Virus record (IMG/VR): IMGVR_UViG_3300029448_000018
Span: 5,664 to 69,663 of that record
Reading direction: 5' to 3' (one strand)
DNA length: 64,000 nt
Origin: a virus
The stretch's first letter is position 1; the number at the start of each line of letters is the position of its first letter. The translations under genes and the position numbers were made by a program. A model generated the notes under the pieces. It was given only the letters and a program-made list of their open reading frames with translations. It was not told the DNA's origin and did no database searches. Positions 40,801-45,973 of this stretch are shown piece after piece.

Positions 40801-43042
40801 AAATCAAACGCTTACATTCACTCCTGTAAAAACACGTACACGGCCATTCGGTTACCGCTTCTCTCTACGTCAACCATACAACAAACCTCAATGGGCTTTG
40901 TATGGAATGAGGGCATACCGAGAAGCGAGCATTACTGGCTCTAACACAATTGCTGGTTATCAACACGGTCCTCTTGTACAGCAAGAAACTCAAACATGGA
41001 CATATGCAGGTGGTTCAGGTTTGAGTAACACTACTTATCCTAACACATACGTTGGTGTTATGGAACGACAAACGAACTTTAGCGGTATGCTTGGAGTCGA
41101 TAAACCAGAATGGCAAGTACGTTATGGAAACGGTATGCGTATGACAAGAGCATTTGGATGCCCTGTACGAACACTACGTAATGCATCTACAGTAGTAAGA
41201 GATTGGTGGGGCGATGCTACTGGGAAGGGTATTGATTCGATTCATAGTGCTGTAAATTACTATCTTGTCGATTGGTGGGGTAACACTCGTGGTGAAGATA
41301 TACGCCGTTATCCTGTACGTGGATTTGGTATCAGACCTGCATGGGACAGTAGTGATGCTTACGAGTACGATAGAGTAAGCGACAGAACTCCATATCAACG
41401 TCTATACAATAATGGTCAACCGCTTGTTAACTTAAAAACTATAACTGATTTGACGGATTCAAATGTAGACGATGGAACAAAAGTACCAAGATTCGGTGGT
41501 CGTCTTAACAATGTTAACAACAACGATGCTAATAATTTAGTCGATGTGTTTATGCCAACACACGCTCAACGAATAGGAGACATGGGTAACGGACGAGGCG
41601 TTCGATACCCAACTGCATTTAATGAAGATTTGATTACTGATGTTGATGAACCATATCATACAACAGGTGTAGTGTTGTCACACAATACTGCTGAACCGAA
41701 TACATCAGAAGGTTTGATACGAGCAAGAAATGACGTACTGCAACCTAATGAAGTTCCTCGTGGAATAAGTGCTCGACTCGGTATAGATGAAAATGGACTG
41801 TTAAAACCAGAAGCCGTAGCAAGCGATAGAGTAGAAGATTTCAGCGGTGAGACACCACACAAGGATGCTGTGAGTCGCTCAAGTCCACGTATAGGTATTG
41901 ACGGTGAAAACGTAGAAGGTGTAGATGACAACATGATGGCAATCAATACCGAAGCACACAGTCTACACACAGACAGAAACGTGGGACAACGTGTTGTTTT
42001 GCAAGGTGGATTGACCGCTGGTTCGCAAACATTAGGTAACTATGATTTGACAAGTTTGACCTTTGCTGGACAGCCTCAAGGCGGTGTGATGCGTTATACA
42101 CACACTTCCAACTTCAATCCTTTAGGTGGTACATATTTGGCCGAGACTCGTAATTACTTGTCTCCTGTAAGTGACAAGGATTGGGGTGCGTTTACAGATG
42201 CTACTTGTGATACGAATCACTCATCAGGGTTGTCTGATGGTTCTTCTACGAGTGTAAGGCATATCACAATGGATTCTACTGCTAAATTAGTAGTAGGAAT
42301 GACGGTAACTGGTACTGGTATTCCTGCAAGTGCCACAGTAGCCGCTATAAATAACGCTACATGTTTCACTCTTAGTGCTGATACAACTGCTACTAATGCA
42401 AATACAACACTTACCTTCGGACCTCCGAATCTACATAGCAGTAACCCGTATGCAACGAGCACATTTGTAGGTACTTCTCAAACAAACTATACAGATAAAA
42501 CTATCACGTATATGCTTAGAACAGTAAGACTACTTGACAAGCAACACGTAGAAGTTTTCAGACCTAACAATGCACTACACTCATCATCCCCGCAATATGG
42601 TGCGAATTACTTCTCCGCTACTGGTGGTGGAAAGTATGGTCTATTCTTGTATGAAACTAGTAACGGGAGAGCAACATCAGGTCTTTACATAAGAGGAACA
42701 AATCCTGATTCCAATCCACCCTATGCACCTGCGTATGTAATGAAGATTTCAGCGAGTGATACTGTCCCTATCAGTAAAGGACCAAAGATTATTGGAATAA
42801 GTGATACGTCATTTGATTCTTCATTACTCAATAACGAAGTTACAAGACTTGTCATAAGTGAAAATACATTGCAACATTATCGTTCTGATGCACCAAGAAG
42901 GCGTTCTCGTATTGATAGTGATGAGAAGGTAAAGCGCATGGACTTTACCGTACTCCCACGGTTCTCACAAGCCCTGCACCCTAAAGGACATAAAGGAGAT
43001 GTAACCTACAACACATCAGACCACACAGGTGATGGCTCATGA
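25835..43042 (+). CDS. Giant tail-associated protein (5735 aa) with N-terminal LamG/concanavalin-like domain
   Basis: AYFFDGVSDSI...FTIEAWV...YHVVGT...IELYVN...GEFRGAIESI is LamG-like. Uninterrupted 17.2-kb ORF in the tail module. Confidence 0.8.
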   Translation: MVAIGRTSHAYFFDGVSDSIIIPQSRFNSTGVERNDNKLALSTLSDIELENTIGSISNADFTIEAWVIPDCGGIVAKRDGQFTLEIGTVDTAGPAKFTLFMETGVGVQAIEVTSATPESNRWKGTVFPSQEFGGIHESYNRFNTSSYGEASGLNFKNRPLYHVVGTCINNSIELYVNNVLIAKETVPDFYRISDTNGHVYLGGKGGEFRGAIESIHFSNSAGSNIFSNEAPTLGDTSTGMYRFEEPLDIVETVYTMNAVTAASNGSTTTITIGASDAQSLIAKLTGKAYDSSSPTTDFTASPYSMGKYEVNDFYSTPGTSATLSIAHTPYNLLINAGSLNRNTFKPNQKPPERVRLHSINGSSGVITISSIHVDFVNGTGGLRGLLHSRSADIDNYFVVVGADLLVDNGTGKPYQPPHYGTQIFDKTGQMVLDESETQSHGLVYSSRMATTTTDATNPFAVVWPTTLDELFQVGHSGRHALSHITGHEYMRKLPKPNAMSVDQIMDGSADLVSMHYDSSQKNLRDTIKMNSLIDVYAENVRGVVSSHLNSSSVASLVNNGLPVAARELIAIGGAGFEIRPFFLKGPVPNKYNDESTRLYHLRPEKESRIALLKVPALQSSYDLAPFVEIHYNAIDLTGASMGISGPMLMIEKTVPACSHILSGSTRVLDVITSDLANTELYSAGGIVTLTKLSGKSYALLNDGHLVGDNTGGNEVDNELDFSNTPAVYTPVSDVSAEPASPPKAINKSHNSGNHESVYHRLILTPRRNDIATTSATKTMRLNVHKTNSTAGQFDIGTTNLSAHMFEVFDIIDNKVSPNLAEVQLFIQPSNKNRTNQFHNLVDLFSDNDSFCRFNLLQLISRGTVRSVNESFDDSNTQHTEVIIRGIGEKVLSQNVNVTGSGSPDSHVVKEIEPNSPVVTVTLGGPGQGAVNTKPTFDPATLMRLPGSTRRICAVQAVIITAKEGSNANVNTITVQPLNNNSPDIASWGTYCFPKKGRIYLADGASAEYVKKNGTGFVFSSGTIADRTFLSGNGTAFATFYEWALATNLLVSTAGSGATVTDDTSIYIYNEDNFTDDSLVQDGSTVNDRMFQSMNDVNHDYQLGTQYSSTRAMVEIPFFPQQFFEHETEGIFPGPDNSMKIHIDATYTAHSWNPTPVGRRADDIQTADRSANSAYTYNINGRNYVSSATIQQIVYDSSGKFFKIFVSHPEMFPPVDTGVTNYRNLKSLHRFRRAFIPNGMWCIYVNNPSADGYLKVWENETATNNVNSGSYATGFFESAIPQTAIHIAQGYRSENLIPLDSDMETPSSDFEARSPYYYDNANVQTQGGNLDYGLRQYVSAIEIKEGPLSNPHAPKILSKRATSTIVKGGDGGSGTYSIILEDTENFPELVEYSRNSSNELSLAEGDMLYIGEVILSDGTSHEGMYFGKKSLTNNLDVVNWKCTTTSLTLEGATFRLKSAGRSLYTLSSPANSLTEENTAVTFLPDSSEQWTIAANASADSTTSIQITPATANRLAHANTIGMNIRKDDELYFEDASDSNTIKYLGKVSQIISKFAGSTTNTTITLTANNVNEVTTGDKIRLSAASVMAVDFDAILNKTWINPYAQGGLRNGDTVWMNMTLNNPHAVEGLFCKSRGVLNEGLVWKGFNGGEGTLATRPRDSIPLENFLIGDTCVETAQNLVQHINKTIEMNYEAMGLNASQAPSVAYVDPYLASKGHARVLLYDVGHDREFIAFHDLHMQVQSSAATPNIGFNRNIVHAGGVTKLDRYMATHNGGAPHYFTTQIDVANGYPSENKFLRSTQQSKFIESAYSHNIANQNQGLFSIENPATSGNNVFLKGKGHGHFVHSGYMNGYTGDTFTVSDNALPRVEPAVASLYWANEIHSISRSMSGSEFVRSLRAHREVQNPATHSFRDASTLFDTPDGTRCISAFLCLKGNRNLELDLTNHDESRLKHLPHWSQMDFVRRLVLDCGEIGVKEGVTDIEAATRELVRMINQAGAKHGRTQVHNFQQSVGDVAITGSTHDPAPWWFTDESFNSNDKGTHMGYVRAHLGRVVEDINGNEGYSIIIHSTIPGASGRNFCVWLDNSKGQASYKPLFLIGHGGRFRNFWCQPDETSGENMHPAPMPLNKHGRPFAPITSLREYTLQEEPAEPFTNNHDVVRRDSDSDSRTVRNISGHIGALNHNTVSDESFEIQGVSTSYVEGLRAGKTAVGRINFGGLVASGIPGFAPDAGEYGLGVRGDRRFDFKYGEAKIPGGTAPTDITAYTGNANPQKLREDKVGESNLYGFRFTDHLGNNYGVRYIYRKFGENFSNQNTVLPSTLDDEIVVYINDDDVSMGGFTIGGHMLGYGEPSGRIDNTTLQFSKWRGNEWRGVYAPEAGVDSIVTWDGSANTLTVFLQAPFNTGNTDLNNHPDILGYLGYPKTNGVIHLHDTFTGTSAKGFIGNVLSYESRTVNDLTGAHVFFGIRGDGFTSSHHVTSASASSAGTVNNASKVQPHASNNIFRVLMSSRINWTTLLTDEVLAYATMEAINHPNPNIEEGTTVDCRHLYACDGRTLGDWGVTEDAIIVRAFNPQRGSTPLSKMFSATMHTDFGIQAAHLEYGEYTTLKQVSSTGKHTFTASNVLNEPISDADLDKNRQVDCGYLPKTILQIRTKGKGYHANTATPVLVDSFNNVISTKAWKENLKGETFTSISGDHILPALSNPMILVDAITTSSDTMTLVGSKITNALIPAGQEGTSVNSLAKKPSYGERLRYYYQETEFSLLESKNGSNSLTEIIWNDLFSNDDWVSNIGAKNVTNQEHVLQRFAEQQIGGYRSYGSVDSEPLIYFKGGRDSNDHSVPLYFGGGFSGVVMDVNDGTENDYSDFYTHPYSTGPTGTAGIQNANEISTSFAIVDCNAILSFFPATALLNQHRASINSPFFNSANRVTTDLDNGSFAVNSALPAPVKARYTAGTILQRPVPVILRVANPNARYDPSSGDTVRAHTETHTMFAIYGPGQAFPFTEQASANSDNQPHPGYVVTTGNTWSKVPYGLNLPNDIKNTANQYSPPTLAHQNARNRFHWLYGWNWSPPQGIPNIGDAGGSGVGLMQRPDHGYHYGEHFNYVGTVHANNIADMKKAHPYKHVGAMYYGIAMGADMTFHMDGGYHPGGSWLDNQMAFNPSHPKSNYAIKRGTNIVHPTAFRVSGLMAKSILTGSADVALSEVEPELVVVDATRCQNGEELATVLGQAMNEFPGKSAIKAMGGTFAPSMGNAMRQDRYGWIELDFTSYTVPEASSGDFDLTSSYVSVKATVTSATQAILEQIPACGWLRTSEGGATGVSGAGDIPCYAPYHSREVVYQSSAWSVIFALAPNKHSKLPVFEDVKVYEDILAGSYVAADDIPDLSSAPSKLYVWSKAGVHRFNNENETARDHMTQVHFSGIVDAIDRTRPIGAVGWAGERYSYLNSLKVGTEGYGAGLGAWHAKLGFSPYGSSNSCMTAYGHLPHTKPIKWSPEASRLLNGVGGTTTGISTPYTWNLGLAYNNSYYTGNVADYASRYNDGGNSGQPIHHDDNDSTSFDVIKNLHQPQGVYSRAFVVISYESEFPLVAKHDRDGITATGDWLTVVSKTNIDSVSAADAIKFAGTVQWDERIHNSERFTAPANAGPNVEALITTSGDGSPLPFAVTAIDSYVEGGITVAPVANDTLLANAEPCFAETGDLFSDIDESPGTGGNRNLRLEYYLAASLPSDGSAGATNVTSRYSYGRDFWWGDINAYKANEYSPARNFSVENVVWKRMDGGNLSLPAVNARGLGAVPFVTRVSSDGTNAYLTGEKLLGNNRFTFETTNNAMFPIIQAQEISHPQLAQLHPNRLRDILDIPNEEIQFESIEVLDDTGQVHSIEGGSPFGTIVRSFKQVSDRTAEGLAPAEAGSGVEPNLKIQLPNPDSIPGNIIIRSGFDRLQAYQTETMGTGGMLRPGIDLDIDGIFTDTTDGPRLGPTFSDHEYDHISQNLSEELFPEMTRKGWKSSTNNAPLKTSYELHDRSLYFHVTKNGNSHTHRYPTTYSHANGVVNNDLTGVSFIGTTLTVNTAVNANLFVGGFGNADWVGGALVKKYLRLHNPTTGESGVASFTNIAGSTFENCKGDANFTSMVASSITACKVVPSYYVPAGSNRFFAARRMRDHAEVSGNSPDMAHSLYLTGGGTQTPYETYKKPILTPMAVPRMGHHFVNASQVMLPGHWAHPAYQGLYGLHRAERSAFVANTEKTLINDTALDVSTIPSSTTDQITGYDPSITIGTMTATPSGPSDIHGGAFTLMFETKVKYDGYGVLASEGQAGVVNSKGGHTIVLEAAATYTLKHHFPDPSEVGAYQIVIQPNIHKSQLIGFHENGPATDVPNGSAIELTGQQVALVVGIREPDAGTGGLGLVLAEAIMADVRGCELFINELMIDHDPDHGSQFTNIPPLMSYNPLGVQSSESPAFTRRSLPYNRNMFAYATPGITSNIPWWSIVHESGPEDSSAEGICHLSIHRLDNYYEFLRASAGSIGCQLTLGGYPSNYPDLYSNVLENISLAPVAVVKSVASTLITVDDARGFPKVPHYGMKLEYTDANGVRRTHTYTERSGNDASYMNKPYRFTITASSNFTNNLTVGTKIRLTRAYDFRPAGTIFNDTRTSVITHSLMGEDNQAFNGSRDTNSLHMGDAYLCLWHPNLGRPHTFYSDSSRTWLNPLTDRAVLSKPLNSMPEHFETVHYHDATYYASLGPFAFNIATSTKPGTILTKAPSGASTPTAPMTVIGNGTTNAFSGTVSLTANQILSQHTTGSLPALTVSDLINIDDETFSITAITGSHTITYTNPNGGGAQSILATVFTLERSAAHTTINSNVKTGADGSTSSATQSSGAPLLNHYWPCGSRGGPLTSRLDGYGYVSASWDYPLEYTSDGPVWVDHDDDGSYAVSLGITKSVYDNFTDATCDYNNDPTITMDSTVKLAIGMGVSGTGIPSEATVASITNATTFELSASTTGGSKTNQTLTFTPVKTRTRPFGYRFSLRQPYNKPQWALYGMRAYREASITGSNTIAGYQHGPLVQQETQTWTYAGGSGLSNTTYPNTYVGVMERQTNFSGMLGVDKPEWQVRYGNGMRMTRAFGCPVRTLRNASTVVRDWWGDATGKGIDSIHSAVNYYLVDWWGNTRGEDIRRYPVRGFGIRPAWDSSDAYEYDRVSDRTPYQRLYNNGQPLVNLKTITDLTDSNVDDGTKVPRFGGRLNNVNNNDANNLVDVFMPTHAQRIGDMGNGRGVRYPTAFNEDLITDVDEPYHTTGVVLSHNTAEPNTSEGLIRARNDVLQPNEVPRGISARLGIDENGLLKPEAVASDRVEDFSGETPHKDAVSRSSPRIGIDGENVEGVDDNMMAINTEAHSLHTDRNVGQRVVLQGGLTAGSQTLGNYDLTSLTFAGQPQGGVMRYTHTSNFNPLGGTYLAETRNYLSPVSDKDWGAFTDATCDTNHSSGLSDGSSTSVRHITMDSTAKLVVGMTVTGTGIPASATVAAINNATCFTLSADTTATNANTTLTFGPPNLHSSNPYATSTFVGTSQTNYTDKTITYMLRTVRLLDKQHVEVFRPNNALHSSSPQYGANYFSATGGGKYGLFLYETSNGRATSGLYIRGTNPDSNPPYAPAYVMKISASDTVPISKGPKIIGISDTSFDSSLLNNEVTRLVISENTLQHYRSDAPRRRSRIDSDEKVKRMDFTVLPRFSQALHPKGHKGDVTYNTSDHTGDGS

Positions 43043-43377
43043 TGGAATATGACTTTTGTAATTGTTGCACTCCTATGGAAAATACATTTGCATTAATGAA
43101 AGCAAAAAAGAAGAGTAAACCGTTTCACGGTTACAACCCTAACAAGCATCATCGAAAAGGTGGCTTGAACGCTAAAGGTCGAGCCGCCGCTAAAAGAGAG
43201 TCTGGTGCTAATCTAAAACCTCCAGTTACTACTAAACCTAGTAAACTGAAACCCGGCTCTAAAAAAGCAAAACGACGTAAATCGTTTTGCGCTCGCATGG
43301 GTGGAATGAAAGGACCTACAAGTAAGAAAGGCAAACTAACACCTAAAGGGGCATCTCTTAAACGGTGGAACTGTTAA
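43039..43377 (+). CDS. Small highly basic protein (GGLNAKGR...RRKSFCARM family) with CxCC + TFALMK leader
   Basis: Motif family common in marine phages. ATGA overlap with the giant gene. Confidence 0.75.
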   Translation: MMEYDFCNCCTPMENTFALMKAKKKSKPFHGYNPNKHHRKGGLNAKGRAAAKRESGANLKPPVTTKPSKLKPGSKKAKRRKSFCARMGGMKGPTSKKGKLTPKGASLKRWNC

Positions 43378-43401
43378 TATCAGACCACATAGGTGAGGCT
43401 A

Positions 43402-44232
43402 GTGATTAATGTAAAAGTGTATGAAGTGGGTCCAAGAGATGGTTTACAATCACTCAAAAAACCTGTAGATACTGATACTAAAAAATCACTAATAGAAGCA
43501 TTATATGATGCTGGTATTGAATTCATAGAAGAGACATCATTTGTGCATCCAAAACTTGTACCAAACATGGCTGATGCTGAAAAAGTAGTTACAGGTCGTG
43601 GTTCTGCACTTGTACTAAACAAGCGTGGTTATGAAAGAGCAATAGCAGTTGGAGTTGAAAAAATAAATATTGTTTTATCTCCCTGCGAAACCTTTAATCT
43701 AAAAAATATGAATGCTACGAATAATGAATTAATATTAAGATACCGTACTTTTATGTTAAATGTACCAAAAGAAAATGTAAGAGTGTATATTTCTATGGCA
43801 TTTGGTTCCCCGTATAGCGGAAAAACAACTGAAAAACAAATTAAATCTTGCATCCGTAATGCAAAAATGTTTGGTGATACAATAGTTTTTGCTGATACAG
43901 TAGGATGTGCTGATAAAAAGCAAATAACAAATTGGGCTAAATTTGCTAAAAATGAAGGAATGAACATTGCTTTACATCTTCATCATAAGGGAAATGAGTC
44001 TACTCCAATATCAATGGTGAAGGCAGGTATATTTTCAGGGATAACGGAGTTCGATTCGAGTATAGGTGGGTTAGGTGGTTGTCCTTTTGCTGATGAGAGT
44101 GGTGCTAACCTCTCAACTGAAACATTAGTAAAACATCTAAAATTATGGGGAATAGAATGCAATGTTGATGAGAAAAAATTAGAACAGGCATTAAAAATTA
44201 CTCATAAAATCAAGAGAGGTGAGATGATATGA
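43402..44232 (+). CDS. hmgL: Hydroxymethylglutaryl-CoA lyase (DRE-TIM metallolyase), auxiliary metabolic gene
   Basis: EVGPRDGLQ, IEETSFVHPKLVP.MAD, ADTVG, HLHH metal ligands, GLGGCPFA and GANLSTE. GGTGAGG RBS before GTG 43402. Confidence 0.9.
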   Translation: MINVKVYEVGPRDGLQSLKKPVDTDTKKSLIEALYDAGIEFIEETSFVHPKLVPNMADAEKVVTGRGSALVLNKRGYERAIAVGVEKINIVLSPCETFNLKNMNATNNELILRYRTFMLNVPKENVRVYISMAFGSPYSGKTTEKQIKSCIRNAKMFGDTIVFADTVGCADKKQITNWAKFAKNEGMNIALHLHHKGNESTPISMVKAGIFSGITEFDSSIGGLGGCPFADESGANLSTETLVKHLKLWGIECNVDEKKLEQALKITHKIKRGEMI

Positions 44233-45629
44233 CTGTCATCAAAAATACTACTACTGGTCGGTTTAACACCGATGTTAGTGAAGTCATGAGTCATGTGCGT
44301 AAGCCCGTGTTTGTTGACAATGCTGTTCATCATGCTCGTGTAAGCGTACAAACTTCATCGAAGCCAAAGATTACTGTAGAAAAAAGCAATACCCGCACAC
44401 TACAGGTTATGCCTCAATCGTCATATCAGATTGTTGAGGGTGAATCAGGAGTACAGATTACACACACTCAAACACCCGGTCATGAATACACTGGTAAACC
44501 ATATTTTAATGGTGAAAGTTTATCTTCAAGCAACGTTCCAATCCTTCTATTCAATGAACTGCGCCCTTCCGAACGTTTAGTTCTAAAATCTATAGAAGAT
44601 AGTACAATAGGAGTTTTTGGGCATTTACAGAATATGAAAAGTCGTACTCTTGATGACATAAGATTTACCCATGATGCCGTGAAAATGGGACAGCCTCTCG
44701 ATATTGGATTGAGAACAACAGACTTAGCCATAAAGTTAGCAGAATCAGTAGATACAGGTATTACAAGTATGAATATTGGTCGCCATGAATCAGTCGTTAC
44801 AAAGAAAAGAAATCACAGTACAAGATTCATTGGGCAGAATTTCAATAACACGAATTTACTTACAGCATTGCGATACATTGCAAGACACGATGGGCGAATG
44901 GTTCTATTAGATACATTTGGAAATTTACTGTATGTACCAATTTCGTTTAGTGAAAGTACAATTGATATATCAAACTCGTATAGTTCAGGACAAAGTAAAA
45001 ATCCAATTGATAATTCAGCAAATAGAGTTACAGTACAGGGTATTCCTATGGCATTGAATGATTTGGTTATAGTAACTGTAGACGATGCGGAATCACAAAC
45101 GGACGACGTGCGAGAAATATCATCACCATTCGTAGACCATACTGTACGAAATAAAAATAGTGCAAAAAGAGTTGCTCGAAAAATTCTACGAGGCCAGTCT
45201 TTAATGAAGGGTGCTGAAACAATTTCAAACAGTTATTCTGGTTTAGGACTAAGACCCGGTATGACGGTTATTCATGAAGGTAAGAATAAAATAATTACTG
45301 AAATTAGACATCAGCCCTTTGCTATGAAAAGCGATATATCGTTAATGAATATAGACGTTGGACTTGAGGGTATTTTGCAATCTTTGAATGAAGGATTTAC
45401 TGTAGAAGCAAATAACATTAACCCTGAAAATATCTTCCAGATTACGGATGTCAATTTGGCAATGTTTGGAAAAGTAGAACTTAAAATCCATGCTGAAATA
45501 TATGAAAATAAGGTTATGAGTACCGCAATTCTTATTGGTGGTACATCGAGAGGAACAGTCGGTGGAAGGGGCGAACCTATGGGTGGAAGCAAGAGTAGCA
45601 AATTCCTAGTTGGAAGGGGTGGAGTGTAA
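44229..45629 (+). CDS. Putative tail/baseplate hub protein
   Basis: ALRYIARHDG...D..GNLLY, ANRVTVQG and LRPGMTV pattern of hub / late-control-D-like proteins. Confidence 0.55.
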   Translation: MTVIKNTTTGRFNTDVSEVMSHVRKPVFVDNAVHHARVSVQTSSKPKITVEKSNTRTLQVMPQSSYQIVEGESGVQITHTQTPGHEYTGKPYFNGESLSSSNVPILLFNELRPSERLVLKSIEDSTIGVFGHLQNMKSRTLDDIRFTHDAVKMGQPLDIGLRTTDLAIKLAESVDTGITSMNIGRHESVVTKKRNHSTRFIGQNFNNTNLLTALRYIARHDGRMVLLDTFGNLLYVPISFSESTIDISNSYSSGQSKNPIDNSANRVTVQGIPMALNDLVIVTVDDAESQTDDVREISSPFVDHTVRNKNSAKRVARKILRGQSLMKGAETISNSYSGLGLRPGMTVIHEGKNKIITEIRHQPFAMKSDISLMNIDVGLEGILQSLNEGFTVEANNINPENIFQITDVNLAMFGKVELKIHAEIYENKVMSTAILIGGTSRGTVGGRGEPMGGSKSSKFLVGRGGV

Positions 45630-45973
45630 TGCCAATCAGTAATCACATACGCCGCCTACTCATTGAAACCATTAGAGATAACATCAATGAAGTTGTCTTG
45701 GGATTTGATGGAACACCAGCAACCAGCGACGATGGTTCAGCGGGACGACCTGCCATCACACTCACGCCTACGGTTACGATAGTAGATGACGGGACACTTC
45801 TAATAGAGGCGACACTTCCACACACAGAAACCTTTACTGAACCCATAAAGGAAGTATACATTCAAACAAGGGGTGCGACGAGTTTTACTCCTGTAAGTAG
45901 ATTCACCATTAAACCAATTACTAAAAATAATTCTAATGAAGTGAAAATCGAAATTACAATTGAGGTGGCATAA
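45629..45973 (+). CDS. Small tail/baseplate protein (putative)
   Basis: TAATG overlaps on both sides, beta-rich. Confidence 0.55.
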   Translation: MPISNHIRRLLIETIRDNINEVVLGFDGTPATSDDGSAGRPAITLTPTVTIVDDGTLLIEATLPHTETFTEPIKEVYIQTRGATSFTPVSRFTIKPITKNNSNEVKIEITIEVA

